NCBI GenBank assembly: GCA_963743525.1
Contig: CAVUQH010000003.1
Span: 576,001 to 640,000 of the forward strand
Length of the DNA stretch: 64,000 nucleotides
Source: an uncultured delta proteobacterium
GTDB taxonomy: Bacteria > Myxococcota_A > Polyangia > Haliangiales > Haliangiaceae
Direction of reading: 5' to 3'
Shown: positions 1-9,900 of the stretch, one piece after another
Layout: every line of letters begins with the position of its first letter
Numbering within the stretch: the stretch's first letter is position 1
Notes under the pieces: generated by a model
What the model was told of the DNA's origin: nothing
Database searches by the model: none
Seen by the model: only the letters and a program-made list of their open reading frames with translations
Position numbers and translations under genes: made by a program

Positions 1-516
1 CATCCCGACCTGGTAATCCTCGCCTACTGCCTCAATGATCGGGAGCGAAACGACGGTGGCATCCTGGCGACACTGCTGGCGCAGGCCCATGGCTCGAAGT
101 CGGCCTTTGGCAACAGCTCGCTGCTGCACAAGAGCGCACTGTTTCGGTTCATCTGGTACCGGGTCCTGAAGGAGCACAAGAAGCACCTCGGCGAATACGC
201 CGAGATCGGACAAGACACCGTCGACCAGTACGTTACCGAGCTCGCGCAGCTGGCGAAGAAGGATGGCTTCGACGTTCTGGTCACGGTGTTTCCCGAGCTG
301 TCGAACTTGAACGACTACGAGGCACAGGCCCAGAACGACTTCATCGAAGCCATCGCCAAGCGAAACCACCTCGCCGTGCTCGATCTCCTGGATGCGTTTC
401 GACGTTGCGGGGGCAATCTCGCCCACGATCACTATCACCCGAACCTGCGCGGTCACCTGTGCGCGGGCCATGCGATCGCTGATCGGGTGGAGCCTCTGGT
501 GCGTGGTCGCAAGTGA
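1..516 (+). CDS. SGNH/GDSL hydrolase-family protein, 5' truncated by window edge
   Basis: Frame 1 is open from base 1 (HPDLVILAYCLND... block III-like) to the DHYHPN (DxxHPN) block V motif; typical neighbour of carbamoyltransferase clusters. Confidence 0.8.
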   Translation, partial: HPDLVILAYCLNDRERNDGGILATLLAQAHGSKSAFGNSSLLHKSALFRFIWYRVLKEHKKHLGEYAEIGQDTVDQYVTELAQLAKKDGFDVLVTVFPELSNLNDYEAQAQNDFIEAIAKRNHLAVLDLLDAFRRCGGNLAHDHYHPNLRGHLCAGHAIADRVEPLVRGRK

Positions 517-2338
517 CGGCGATCCTGGGCATCTCCGCCTTCTATCACGACTCGGCGGCCGCGCTGGTGGTCGACGGCGAGATTGTCGCCGCCGCTCAGG
601 AGGAACGCTTCAGCCGCCGCAAACACGACCGCTCTTTCCCCCGCGCGGCGGTCGAATACTGCCTCGCCGAAGCGGGGATCGCGCCCGCGCAGCTCGACTA
701 CGTCGGCTTCTACGAGAAGCCGTTGCTGAAGTTCGACCGGCTGCTGGAGACCTACCTGGCGTATGCGCCGCGCGGGTTTCGCTCGTTCCTCCACGCGATG
801 CCGCTGTGGCTGCGGCAGAAGCTGCATCTCCCGCGAGATCCGCCGGGGGCTGGGCGGCGCTATCGCAAGCGATCGTCTTCACCGAGCACCACGAATCGCA
901 CGCCGCCAGCGCGTTCTTTCCCTCGCCGTTCGACGAGGCGGCCATCCTGACCCTCGACGGCGTCGGCGAATGGGCCACGACCAGCATCGGCCGCGGTCGC
1001 GGCAATCGGATCGAGCTCATCGCGCGAGCTGCGCTTCCCGCATTCGCTGGGCCTGCTCTATTCCGCCTTCACGTACTTCACCGGTTTCAAGGTCAATTCC
1101 GGCGAGTACAAACTGATGGGGCTGGCGCCCTACGGCGAGCCGCGTACGTCGACGTGATCCTCGACAAGCTGATCGACCTCAAGGACGACGGCTCGTTCCG
1201 GCTGAACCTGGAGTACTTCAACTATTGCCAGGGCCTGACGATGACCTCGCCGCGGTTCGACCGCCTGTTCGGCGGCCCGCCGCGCGCTGCCCGAGTCGCC
1301 GATCACCCAGCGCGAGATGGACCTCGCGGCGTCGATCCAGGCAGTCACCGAGGAGATCATGCTGCGGCTGTGCTCGACACGTCCACGCGCAGACCGGCTC
1401 GAAGCACCTCTGTCTGGCCGGCGGCGTGGCACTCAACTGCGTCGCCAACGGACGCATCCTGCGCGAAGGACCGTTCGACGGATCTGGATTCAGCCGGCGG
1501 CCGGAGACGCCGGCGGCGCGCTGGGCGTCGCGCTCGTTCATCTGGCACCAGCTGCTCGGACAACGAGCGGAATCCGGTCGACGCACGACCGCCAGCACGG
1601 ATCGCTGCTCGGGCCGCGTTACACCGACGAGCGAGATCCGGGCGTCTGCTCGACCAGCGCGGGCGTTCGTTACCAGACCTTCGACGACGACGAGCACTGT
1701 GCGACGGTGTGGCCGAGCTGACTGGCCGACGGCAAGGTCGTCGGCTGGTTCCAGGGCCGGATGGAGTTCGGCCCGCGGCGCTCGGCCCCGCAGCATCCTC
1801 GGCGATCCGCGCAAGCCCGAGATGCAGTCGGTCATGAACCTCAAGATCAAGTTTCGCGAGTCGTTCCGTCCGTTCGCGCCGTCAGTGCTCGAGGCGCAGG
1901 CGCACGAGTAGTTCGCGCTCGACGAAGGGGTCGAGAGCCCGTACATGCTGGTGGTCGCCGGGGTCCGCTCGGTTCAGCGGCGACGGCGAGGAGCTGCCGT
2001 CGGGCTGGACAAGCTCAAGCACGCCCGTCCGACGTTCCCGCGGTCACCCATGTCGACGACTCCGCGCGGGTCCAGACCGTCGACGAGCCCCGGCACGGTC
2101 GCTATTACCAGCTCTTGCTCGAGTTCGATCGACCACCGGATGTCCGGTGGTCATCAACACCAGCTTCAACGTGCGCGGCGAGCCGATCGTCTGCACTCCG
2201 GAGGACGCCTATCGCTGCTTCCTGGCGACCAATATCGATGTTCTCGCAATCGAGCGAACGATCGTCGACAAGGAGCCGGGGCAGGTAGTGGACAGTGCCG
2301 AGGTCGATGATTACCTCGGCCAGTACGATCTGGACTGA
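513..2338 (+). CDS. Carbamoyltransferase (NodU/CmcH/SxtI family), broken by many frameshifts
   Basis: [67 protein letters not shown] and [13 protein letters not shown] occur in the correct order across different frames. Confidence 0.93.
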
Positions 2339-2343
2339 GACGC

Positions 2344-2757
2344 ATGGCTGTCATCGAGATCAACTGGAACCCGGGGCGAGGTCAGCTGCGATGGTTCGCC
2401 GCGTTGTGGTTTCCCCTGGCGGCCACCGCCCTGGGCTGGTTCTTGTGGAGAACCGCCGGCGACACGGCCGGCGAGTGGGCATGGGGCATAGGCGCCGCCC
2501 TCGCGGTCGCCGCCAACACCAGTCTGTCCGTGGCGCGGGCGATCTACGTTGCTCTGATGGTCGCGACCAGCCCGATTGGCATCGTCGTAGCGTATGTCAT
2601 GCTGGCCTTCGTGTTCTACCTGCTGCTCACCCCAATTGGCGTCCTGTCGAGGTTGGTGCGGCGAGACCCGATGCGCAGATCCGAGCCACCCGGCGATAGC
2701 CATTTCGAAGATTGTCACCGGGACAGAACGCTCGACCGGTATTTCCGGCAATACTAG
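2344..2757 (+). CDS. SxtJ-family membrane protein
   Basis: Hydrophobic helices, FYLLLTPIG..R...RDPM and C-terminal RYFRQY; directly follows the carbamoyltransferase. Confidence 0.8.
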   Translation: MAVIEINWNPGRGQLRWFAALWFPLAATALGWFLWRTAGDTAGEWAWGIGAALAVAANTSLSVARAIYVALMVATSPIGIVVAYVMLAFVFYLLLTPIGVLSRLVRRDPMRRSEPPGDSHFEDCHRDRTLDRYFRQY

Positions 2758-2768
2758 GAGTCCTGAGA

Positions 2769-2981
2769 ATGGCCGAACAGAAGACACCCGAAAAGGCCGC
2801 GCCGTCCCTCGCCTCGCTGGCTACGCAGGGTAAGCAGGGCTTCCTTGGGGAGCTTCTAGGTATGCTGTGGAGCCACAAGAAGTGGTGGCTCACTCCCATC
2901 GTACTGGTGCTTCTCGCCCTGGCTGTGCTCATCGTCCTGGGCGGCACCGGCGCAGCGCCGTTCATCTACACCATCTTCTAG
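2769..2981 (+). CDS. DUF5989/SxtK-like small membrane protein
   Basis: KKWWLTPI...AAPFIYTIF signature; AGGAG SD upstream of ATG 2769. Confidence 0.85.
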   Translation: MAEQKTPEKAAPSLASLATQGKQGFLGELLGMLWSHKKWWLTPIVLVLLALAVLIVLGGTGAAPFIYTIF

Positions 2982-2992
2982 GTAGGACTGAA

Positions 2993-3016
2993 ATGGGCGG
3001 CCCGAAGGCCGCCCAT
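2993..3016. terminator. Perfect 10-bp GC hairpin between convergent genes
   Basis: ATGGGCGGCC-CGAA-GGCCGCCCAT; on the minus strand a C(UUCG)G tetraloop followed by TTT. Confidence 0.75.
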
Positions 3017-3048
3017 ATAACAACTCCGTCCGCTGGCAGGTTCTTTGG

Positions 3049-4544
3049 TCAGTAGTTGAACTGACGGCAGTAGATCTCGATGCCGGACGGTCGGCGAAGG
3101 GTAGGCGTTCTGCTTCGCCCATGTGCGCAGCCCGACCAGGAATTCGCCAGACGAGCATTTCAGCTCGTGCAGCGTGCCGCCGCCGCCGCCGTGGAGAGGC
3201 GATTCGCTGAGGACTTTGGGGGATTCGTGGAGCAGTTGACTGGGTTCACGCAGATGGTGCAGCCGCGTCGATGCGTGAACCCGAGCGAAGGCGCAGGCAG
3301 AACAGGGCTTGGCCCAGCACAGGGCTGTGAACACCGCGCACAGTTCCACCCGTCCATTGCGTGACGTGCAGCTTGTCGTCCCCGACGGCAACGACGGGGT
3401 CGTTGTTGACATCGTGCGACGTCGGTAACAGGACATGCCGATGTTGTCAACCTCAGCGCCCGAGTGACCGTAGATTCCGGCCCCACACCTGCACCAAGGC
3501 ATGCCTCGATGCCTGTGGAACTGCGAAAGGTAGGCGTTGTTGGGGAAGCGTGATGCGGGGGGTATTCTCGCATACGGTTGCAGCTGATCGATGCGTGCGA
3601 ACGGCCATGATCTTCAGCGCATGCGACGGGGCAGCCCGCAGGAGTGGTGTGGTGGCGGATCGCCAAATCTGCGGAGTAGGTGTGGGTTGGTGCTGGCGTA
3701 AAGAGATCGGTGTTTCGCGTGCAAGTTCGGTGAGCTGCGAACGATGGATACGACCGAGAAATATCGAATATCGGATGGCAGTAAAGTTTCGGTGCACGAG
3801 TCGTTGTAGGCGCACGTGGGTGGTCGCTGTGCACGCTGCAATGGACTGAATTCGGTTGATGTAGTTCGAGGAATCGACGTCATTCCGGTTACACTCGTTC
3901 TGCGGGCAGCGCAGGTCGTACGGCTCGCACGACACCGCAATCCGGGCCAGGATCGTGTCGTCGTAGGTGTTGCTCGTGCGACTGAGGCCTTGATGCATGT
4001 AGTTCTGATGAGCGCGGCTGCAACGATGCTGAACGGGTACCGAGTGTTGGGGTCGGGATGATTCCATCCTGCGTGTGTGTCGCCGTCGACGGTGAGGCGA
4101 GATGGTGAGTAGTTGGTGATTGCTCCGTGTACTGTAATGAGCTCCTCGGAGTAGCCGTGTACGGTCCAACAGAAGCGCATGGAGGATGTTGGTACGTTGA
4201 CTGAGCGCACCCCGGAGGTTTGCATTCAATCGTGTGGGCTGCGAGCGGAGGCGGGTGATGGCGTCTCGACATGTACCGTGCATCTCGGTATGACCGCCGA
4301 TTCAGACACTCGCGGAAGTCTGACATCCGATCCGGGCAGTGATGAAATTCATCGCGGCATTGAGGCTCGACTGATAGCCGAGCAGTTCTGGAAGGACCAG
4401 CTTCGTTCAATTCTGGGTGGTGCTGCGACGTCAACATCGACATCGACATCGGCATTGGCGCGGAATCGTCATCTCCGTGTCAAACAGGCGGCACAGGAGG
4501 GTCGTAATCACACTAGTGGCAATACACAGGGTAGATGGTTTCAT
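3049..4544 (-). pseudogene. Heavily frameshifted secreted lipoprotein with C-terminal beta-prism (jacalin/VMO-I-like) repeats
   Basis: Manual stitching: GAGGA SD, MKPSTLCIATSVITTLL/AAC signal, then GIYGHSGAEVDNIGMSC, WTGGT...LRLRSGSRIDA..TIC and HGGGGG..C..GEFLVGLR...GIEIYCRQFNY*; the indels may be read errors. Confidence 0.6.
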
Positions 4545-4953
4545 TGCTGCTTCTTTCGCTCCTCTGGAGTACTGGGAGCAGCGGCGTGTCGATAGTTGGC
4601 ACTGTGTCGGCTACGGAAAGATGTCGGAGTAATCGGTAACGAGGTCACGGGTGCAACGTGGCGGCGCTGTGACGGAAGCGCGCCGCGCGAGAGTGAGACG
4701 GCGTCGAGTTGTACGGGTAGGTCGAGTCAACGCGGTGCGCAGCGATGATGGTTCGCATTGGCCGACGCTATTCGTCAGCCGAACCTGCTCCAGGGTTCGA
4801 GCAGACAGAAATCTGGCTCGGCATGCAGCATTTTGTGGCACCTCTCGTTGCACGTCCGCGCGTCGCGAGCTGTCTGTTAGCTGCGCGCGTTCTCGTCGAG
4901 GCTAAGCGACAACGTCTAGCGACTTGTTTGCGGGAGGCCGCCGGAGGAGTGAG

Positions 4954-5491
4954 GTGCACGCAGATAGCCAGAGCATTGTGGTGCTGGACGACAATCTGCC
5001 TGCTCGGTGAACATCTCGAGCAGGTGCAAAGCCATGGGGGGATCGCCTGCTCGGTACGACACCTGGAGGTCGGCCTCGCTGCGGCGGCCCGCTCTCGAGC
5101 ACGGACGTTCTACTCGGCCTGTGGATCCATGGCAACTGCGCGTGGAATCTGATCGCGCATTTACGCGCGTTGCGGGGACGACTCGGCCCCGCTGCGCATC
5201 GTTGTGGCGACGTGGTACCGTCGGTAGCCGCGGCCACGCGGTGCGTCGCAGCGGTGCTGACGACTTCCTCTCCAAGGCCAGCCTGAGCGGCGATTTCGCC
5301 CGTCTGCTGGACGCGCCCCCGACGATGGGGTAAGCCGCATCAACCGCGGATACCGTCGTTGGCGCGCGTGCAGTGGGAGTACGTGCACAAGGTGCTGGTG
5401 GACGCCAATGGAAACATAAGCGCCGCCGCGCGCAGGTTGGGCATTCACCGGCAAAGCCTGCAGCGAAGGCTGAAGACCCTGCCGCCCGTAG
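4954..5491 (+). pseudogene. RegA/PrrA/ActR-type response regulator (receiver + Fis-type HTH), frameshifted; end approximate
   Basis: GGAGGAG SD and GTG 4954; IVVLDDN, RIVVAT, GADDFLSK and LARVQWEYVHKVLVDANGNISAAARRLGIHRQSLQRRL in successive frames. Confidence 0.75.
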
Positions 5492-5705
5492 CTAAGGTCG
5501 GAGGCGTCGCACCGCACGCTGGCAGCGAGCGACGCGCGGCTGCTGTCGCGTGTGGCGCAGCGTCGTTCATTGCACGGGTCGCCGCGCGGCGGAGTGGCGG
5601 CGCAACGTTTTGCTGCATTCCGACCGATGCAAAACGGCGCTATGAGATGACCCATCTTTTTTTCGGCGCGATGGCGTGAGTTCAACCGAAAAAGAAAGGC
5701 AAGAC

Positions 5706-6127
5706 ATGAGCAAGCTCGCACTCTCCATGGCTATTGTACTCGGGGTCTTCGCGTTAGCGAAGGGCTGTCCAAGCATCGCGTAAGCATCGTGGGGCCGCGT
5801 GCGTCGGTAACACCACGATCCAGAACGGGACGTACGTGACTGGCGGGTTCGGCGTGAAGGGCGTCTACAACTCCACGGCCCGCTTCATCTGCAACATCGA
5901 AGATGCCACCAACATCTACGGATATTTCTACATCGAATACGGACACACCGACGCCACGTACGCGCGATCACCGTGAAGCTGGTGTCCGCGGGCTACGGCA
6001 GCAACGTGTCACGGTCAATGCCACCTGCAACGCCTACACGAACAACTCCGGATATGGCACCAGGGCCTGTTGGATGGGCGGAAGTTACAACAGCGGCCGG
6101 CACTACTGGTTCGAAGTAACGGTCTAG
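5706..6127 (+). CDS. Small secreted hypothetical protein, frameshifted
   Basis: GAAAGG SD, MSKLALSMAIVLGVFALA signal-like start; C-terminal QRVTVNATCNAYTNNSGYGTRACWMGGSYNSGRHYWFEVTV*. Confidence 0.5.
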
Positions 6128-6186
6128 CGAAACAGCGGTACGGTGCTGCAGAACGAGTTCCTCGGCGTTCACTTCGACTAGGTCCG

Positions 6187-6229
6187 CCGCCGCTCGCAGT
6201 CGCCGTCCGCGGGCGACTGCGAGCGGCGG
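6187..6229. repeat. Perfect 18-bp inverted repeat (hairpin)
   Basis: CCGCCGCTCGCAGTCGCC, 7-nt loop, GGCGACTGCGAGCGGCGG. Confidence 0.9.
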
Positions 6230-6230
6230 G

Positions 6231-6270
6231 GCCAACTTGAAAACTTACGCTCCGCACGTAGGCGGAGTTA
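6231..6270 (+). repeat. Partial copy of the junction element at 10711-10766
   Basis: CCAACTTGAAAACTTACGCTCCGCACGTAGGCGGAGTTA vs CCAACTTTTGAAACTTACGCTCCGCAACTAGCGGAAGTTA. Confidence 0.85.
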
Positions 6271-6812
6271 CAGCGCTGTTGCTCGAAAGCCCGGTGACCG
6301 AGCCGCACTGGCGGAAACCGACGGCTCCGTACAGCGTGCGAGCCCCGCGGTTGACGGCGTTGACGTTCACCTTGGGTTCTCGCCGTCGTCCTCGGACCGG
6401 CGAATGGCAGAAGCCGACGACACGATCGCCTTCGCGGGCCAGAAGCAGCAGCGGATCGCCCCAGGCGAACCGGCCGCAGAAGTCGCCGGTGTCGATCGGG
6501 GCGAAAACAAACCTTCCCGCGTAGGCCTGGTTGTGCAGCTCGGCAAGGGGCGCGGGGCTCGATGACGAAGCGCATGTGGCGAACGGCGCCGTCCGGGGCG
6601 GCGAGAATGCCTGAGGTGAGAAAGCCGATGTCACCTTCCTCGCGCGCGAGGCGGAAGTCAGCGCCGCCGCGGAAGGTCTGGTTCGCTGTCATCGCCTCCC
6701 ACGATTCGCGCGACATCGTTGGCACGGAGTTGTCGCCCTCGTGGACGGGCCGGAAGCACGCCTCGACGAGAGGCGAGTCGTTAGCGGCGTATTCATCAAT
6801 TCGGATCGTCAC
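6268..6812 (-). pseudogene. Internally deleted, diverged copy of the GNAT gene at 10764-11666
   Basis: MTIRIDEYAANDSPLVEA...SRESWEAMTAN..FRGGADFR and AWGDPLLLLAREGDRVVGFCHS...GFRQCGSVTG match the full copy, with internal deletions and frameshifts. Confidence 0.9.
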
Positions 6813-6906
6813 GGGTGTTACGGCGGGCGGGGCCGCGATTTCCAGAGCTCACGCGCGGCAAAGTAACAGCTAGCCGCCGCCGTCGCCGTGAGATAATGGC
6901 CCCACG

Positions 6907-9900
6907 ATGGTGGGGGCCCTGCTGGCCGATCGGTTCCGACTCGTCCGGACGCTGGGCTCCGGCGGGATGGGCGTGGTGTACGAGGCGGTCAACACCCGCA
7001 GCGGTGGTCGGGTCGCGCTCAAGACCCTGCAGCAGCTCAGCCCGCGCGGCATCGCCCGGTTCAAGAACGAGTTCCGCGCCCTGGCCGACGTCGTCCACGA
7101 CCACCTGGTCGGCCTCTACGAGCTGTTCGCCGACGAAAGCGAGCTGTTCTTCACCATGGAGCTGGTCAACGGCGTCGACTTCATGTCGTGGGTCAGGCCG
7201 ATGCCGCCGGGCTCCGAGCCGACCGCGCCATCGACGGAGACCGGCGCGGCCACCGGCGACACGCGCACGACCATCGTGGGAAGCTCGATATCGCGCCCAC
7301 AGCAGAGCAGCGAGCGTTCGCACAGCGGTGAGCTGGACATCCGCCGACTGCGCACGGCGATGCGCAAACTGGCCGAAGGGGTCGCGGCCATTCACCAGGC
7401 CGGCATGCTGCACCGCAATCTCAAGCCGTCCAACGTCCTGGTCACGAACGACGGCCGCGTGGTCATCCTCGACTTCGGTCTGGTCACCTCGTTGTCCGAG
7501 GAGCACTACTCCGGTGACGACCGGGCGCGGGTGGGAACGCCGACGTTCATGTCGCCCGAGCAGGGTGCGCGGCAGTCGCTGACGTCGGCCAGCGACTGGT
7601 ACAGCGTCGGCGTCATGCTCTACCTGGCGCTCTCCGGGCGCCCGCCGTTCGTCGGCGGCAACGACGACGTGCTCATGGACAAACAGCAGTTCGAGCCGCC
7701 GCCGCCCAACGAGGTCGCCGCCGGCGTTCCCGCCGACCTGGCGGCCTTGTGCATCGAGCTGTTGCGCCGCGACCCGGAGCGCCGGCCGACCGGAACCGAG
7801 GTGTTGCGCCGGCTGGGCAGCAAGATGGTCCAGCAGCTTGCGGGCAGCAGCACCGGGACCAACTCGCACACCAGCGACGCGCTGCTGGTCGGTCGAGAGG
7901 GACATCTGGCGGCGCTCCACCAGGCCGAGTCCGACGCCGCTGCCGGTCGCGCGGTGGTGATGTCCGTCCACGGCCCGTCGGGCATGGGTAAGTCGGCGCT
8001 GATCTCGCGGTTCGCCGGCGCGATGCGCGAAGACGCCGTGGTGCTGCGCGGCCGCTGCTACGAGCAAGAGTCGGTGCCGTTCAAGGCCATCGACGGCGTC
8101 ATCGACGAGCTCGGCAGCTACCTGGCCACGCTCGAACGCCTCGACGCCGAGGCGCTGATGCCGCGCGACATGCCGTCGCTGGCGCGCGTCTTTCCCGTGC
8201 TGCGCCAGGTCGAGGCCGTGGCCTCTTCGCGCGGTCGCAGCGCCGAGGCGCCCGATCCACAGGAGCTCCGGCGCCGCGCGTTCCTGGCGTTGCGCGAGCT
8301 GTTGGCCCGGCTCACCGATCGCACGCCGGTCTTCATCGCCATCGACGACGCGCAGTGGGGCGACATCGACAGCGCCGCCGTGCTGGCGACGGTGTTGCGC
8401 CGCCCCGACCCTCCGCCGGTGTTGGTCCTGATCAGCTTCCGAACCGACGAGCGTGTCGCCAGCCCCTTTCTCGGCGCGTTCGAGCGCTGGCTGGAGGACG
8501 AGGGGCTCGACCTGCGCAGCCTCGAGGTCGGGCCGCTGGACGTCGCCGATGCCCGCAGGCTGGCCAGCGTCCAGCTGGGTCGTCACGCGGGCGCCGACGT
8601 CGCCCAGCGCATCGCCGACGAGTCTGCCGGGAGCCCGTTCTTCGTCGAAGAGCTGTCGCGCTACGTGGTGTCCCGCGGCGAATTGCCGTCGGCCGATAAT
8701 GTGTCGCTGGACGGCGCCTTGCATGCGCGCCTGCAGCGCCTGTCGGACGACGCGTCTGCGCTGCTGTCAACCATTGCGCTGGCGGCTCGGCCGCTGCCGG
8801 TCGAGACGGCGATGCGCGCCGCGCAGGTCTCGGATCCGTCGGCGCTGTCCCTGCTCAAGGCCGGCAGCTTCGCCCGCACCAAGCTGCTGCACGGCTCGCG
8901 ACACGTCGAGTGCTTTCACGACCGCATCCGTGCCGCTGTCGCCGGTAAGTTGTCGGCATTGGAGAGGCAGCAGCGGCACCGCCGGTTGGCGGTCGTGTTG
9001 GCGATGAGCCCCAACGCCGATCCGGAATTGCTGGCGGCGCACTATCACGGCGCCGGCGAGCTGGTCGTGGCGGCCAAGTTCGCCGCCGAGGCCGGAGCTC
9101 GAGCCAGCCAGACGTTCGCGTTCGAGCGCGCCGCCGACCTGTATCGCCTGGCGCTGGAGCTCGATCCGGATACCGGTGAGCGCGTCAACCTGCTGGTCGC
9201 GCGCGCTGACGCCCTGGCCAACGCCGGCCGCGGTCCGGCGGCGGCCGCGGCCTATCTCGACGCCTCGGAGCTGGTCACCGGCGCCCAGCACCTGGATCTA
9301 CTGCGCGCCGGCAGCCAGCAGTTGCTTCGAAGCGGCCATATCGACGAAGGCCTCGAAGCCCTGTCGCAGGTGTTGGCTTCGCAGAACATGAGTCTGCCGC
9401 ACACGCCAAACCGCGCGCTGTTGTCGATGGTCGGTTCGCGGGCGCGAATCGCGACCCGCGGGCTGCGTTTTCGCGAGCGCGACGAGAGCGAGATTCCCGC
9501 CGCCCAGCTGCGCCGCCTGGACGTCCTGTTCAGCGTCTCGTACGGCCTGGCCATGGTCAACGCCATCCGCGCCGCCGCCATGCAATCGCGCTATCTGCTC
9601 GAGGCGCTGCGGCTCGGCGAAACCCGGCGCATCGCCTATGGCCTGGCGGGAGAGGCCGCGTTCGTATCGCTGGTGGGCGAGAAGGCCCGCCGGCGGACCA
9701 CCAAGATCCTCGACCTCTTGACCGAGCTCGGCGGGCGCAGCGACGACCCGGCCCTGCACGGCATCGTCGAGGCGTCCAAGGCGATCGTTGCGTTCCAGGA
9801 GGGCCGCTGGATCGAGTGCTACGACCAGTGCTCGAGGGCCGAACAAATCCTTCGCGATCAGTGCAGCGACGTGAACTGGGAGCTGTCCACGGTCAACGTC

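Noticed and set aside
513..2981. Saxitoxin biosynthesis cluster
   Set aside because: Only the widespread sxtI/J/K-like trio is present; no sxtA/G-type genes in the window
2993..3070. Hairpin followed by ATATAAC as an integron attC site or group II intron end
   Set aside because: No matching GTTRRRY box structure, no repeated attC sites, no integrase or RT; explained as a terminator between convergent genes
5594..5615. sigma54 promoter upstream of the small secreted gene
   Set aside because: GG-to-GC spacing is 11 rather than 10 nt; cannot be supported in this indel-rich region
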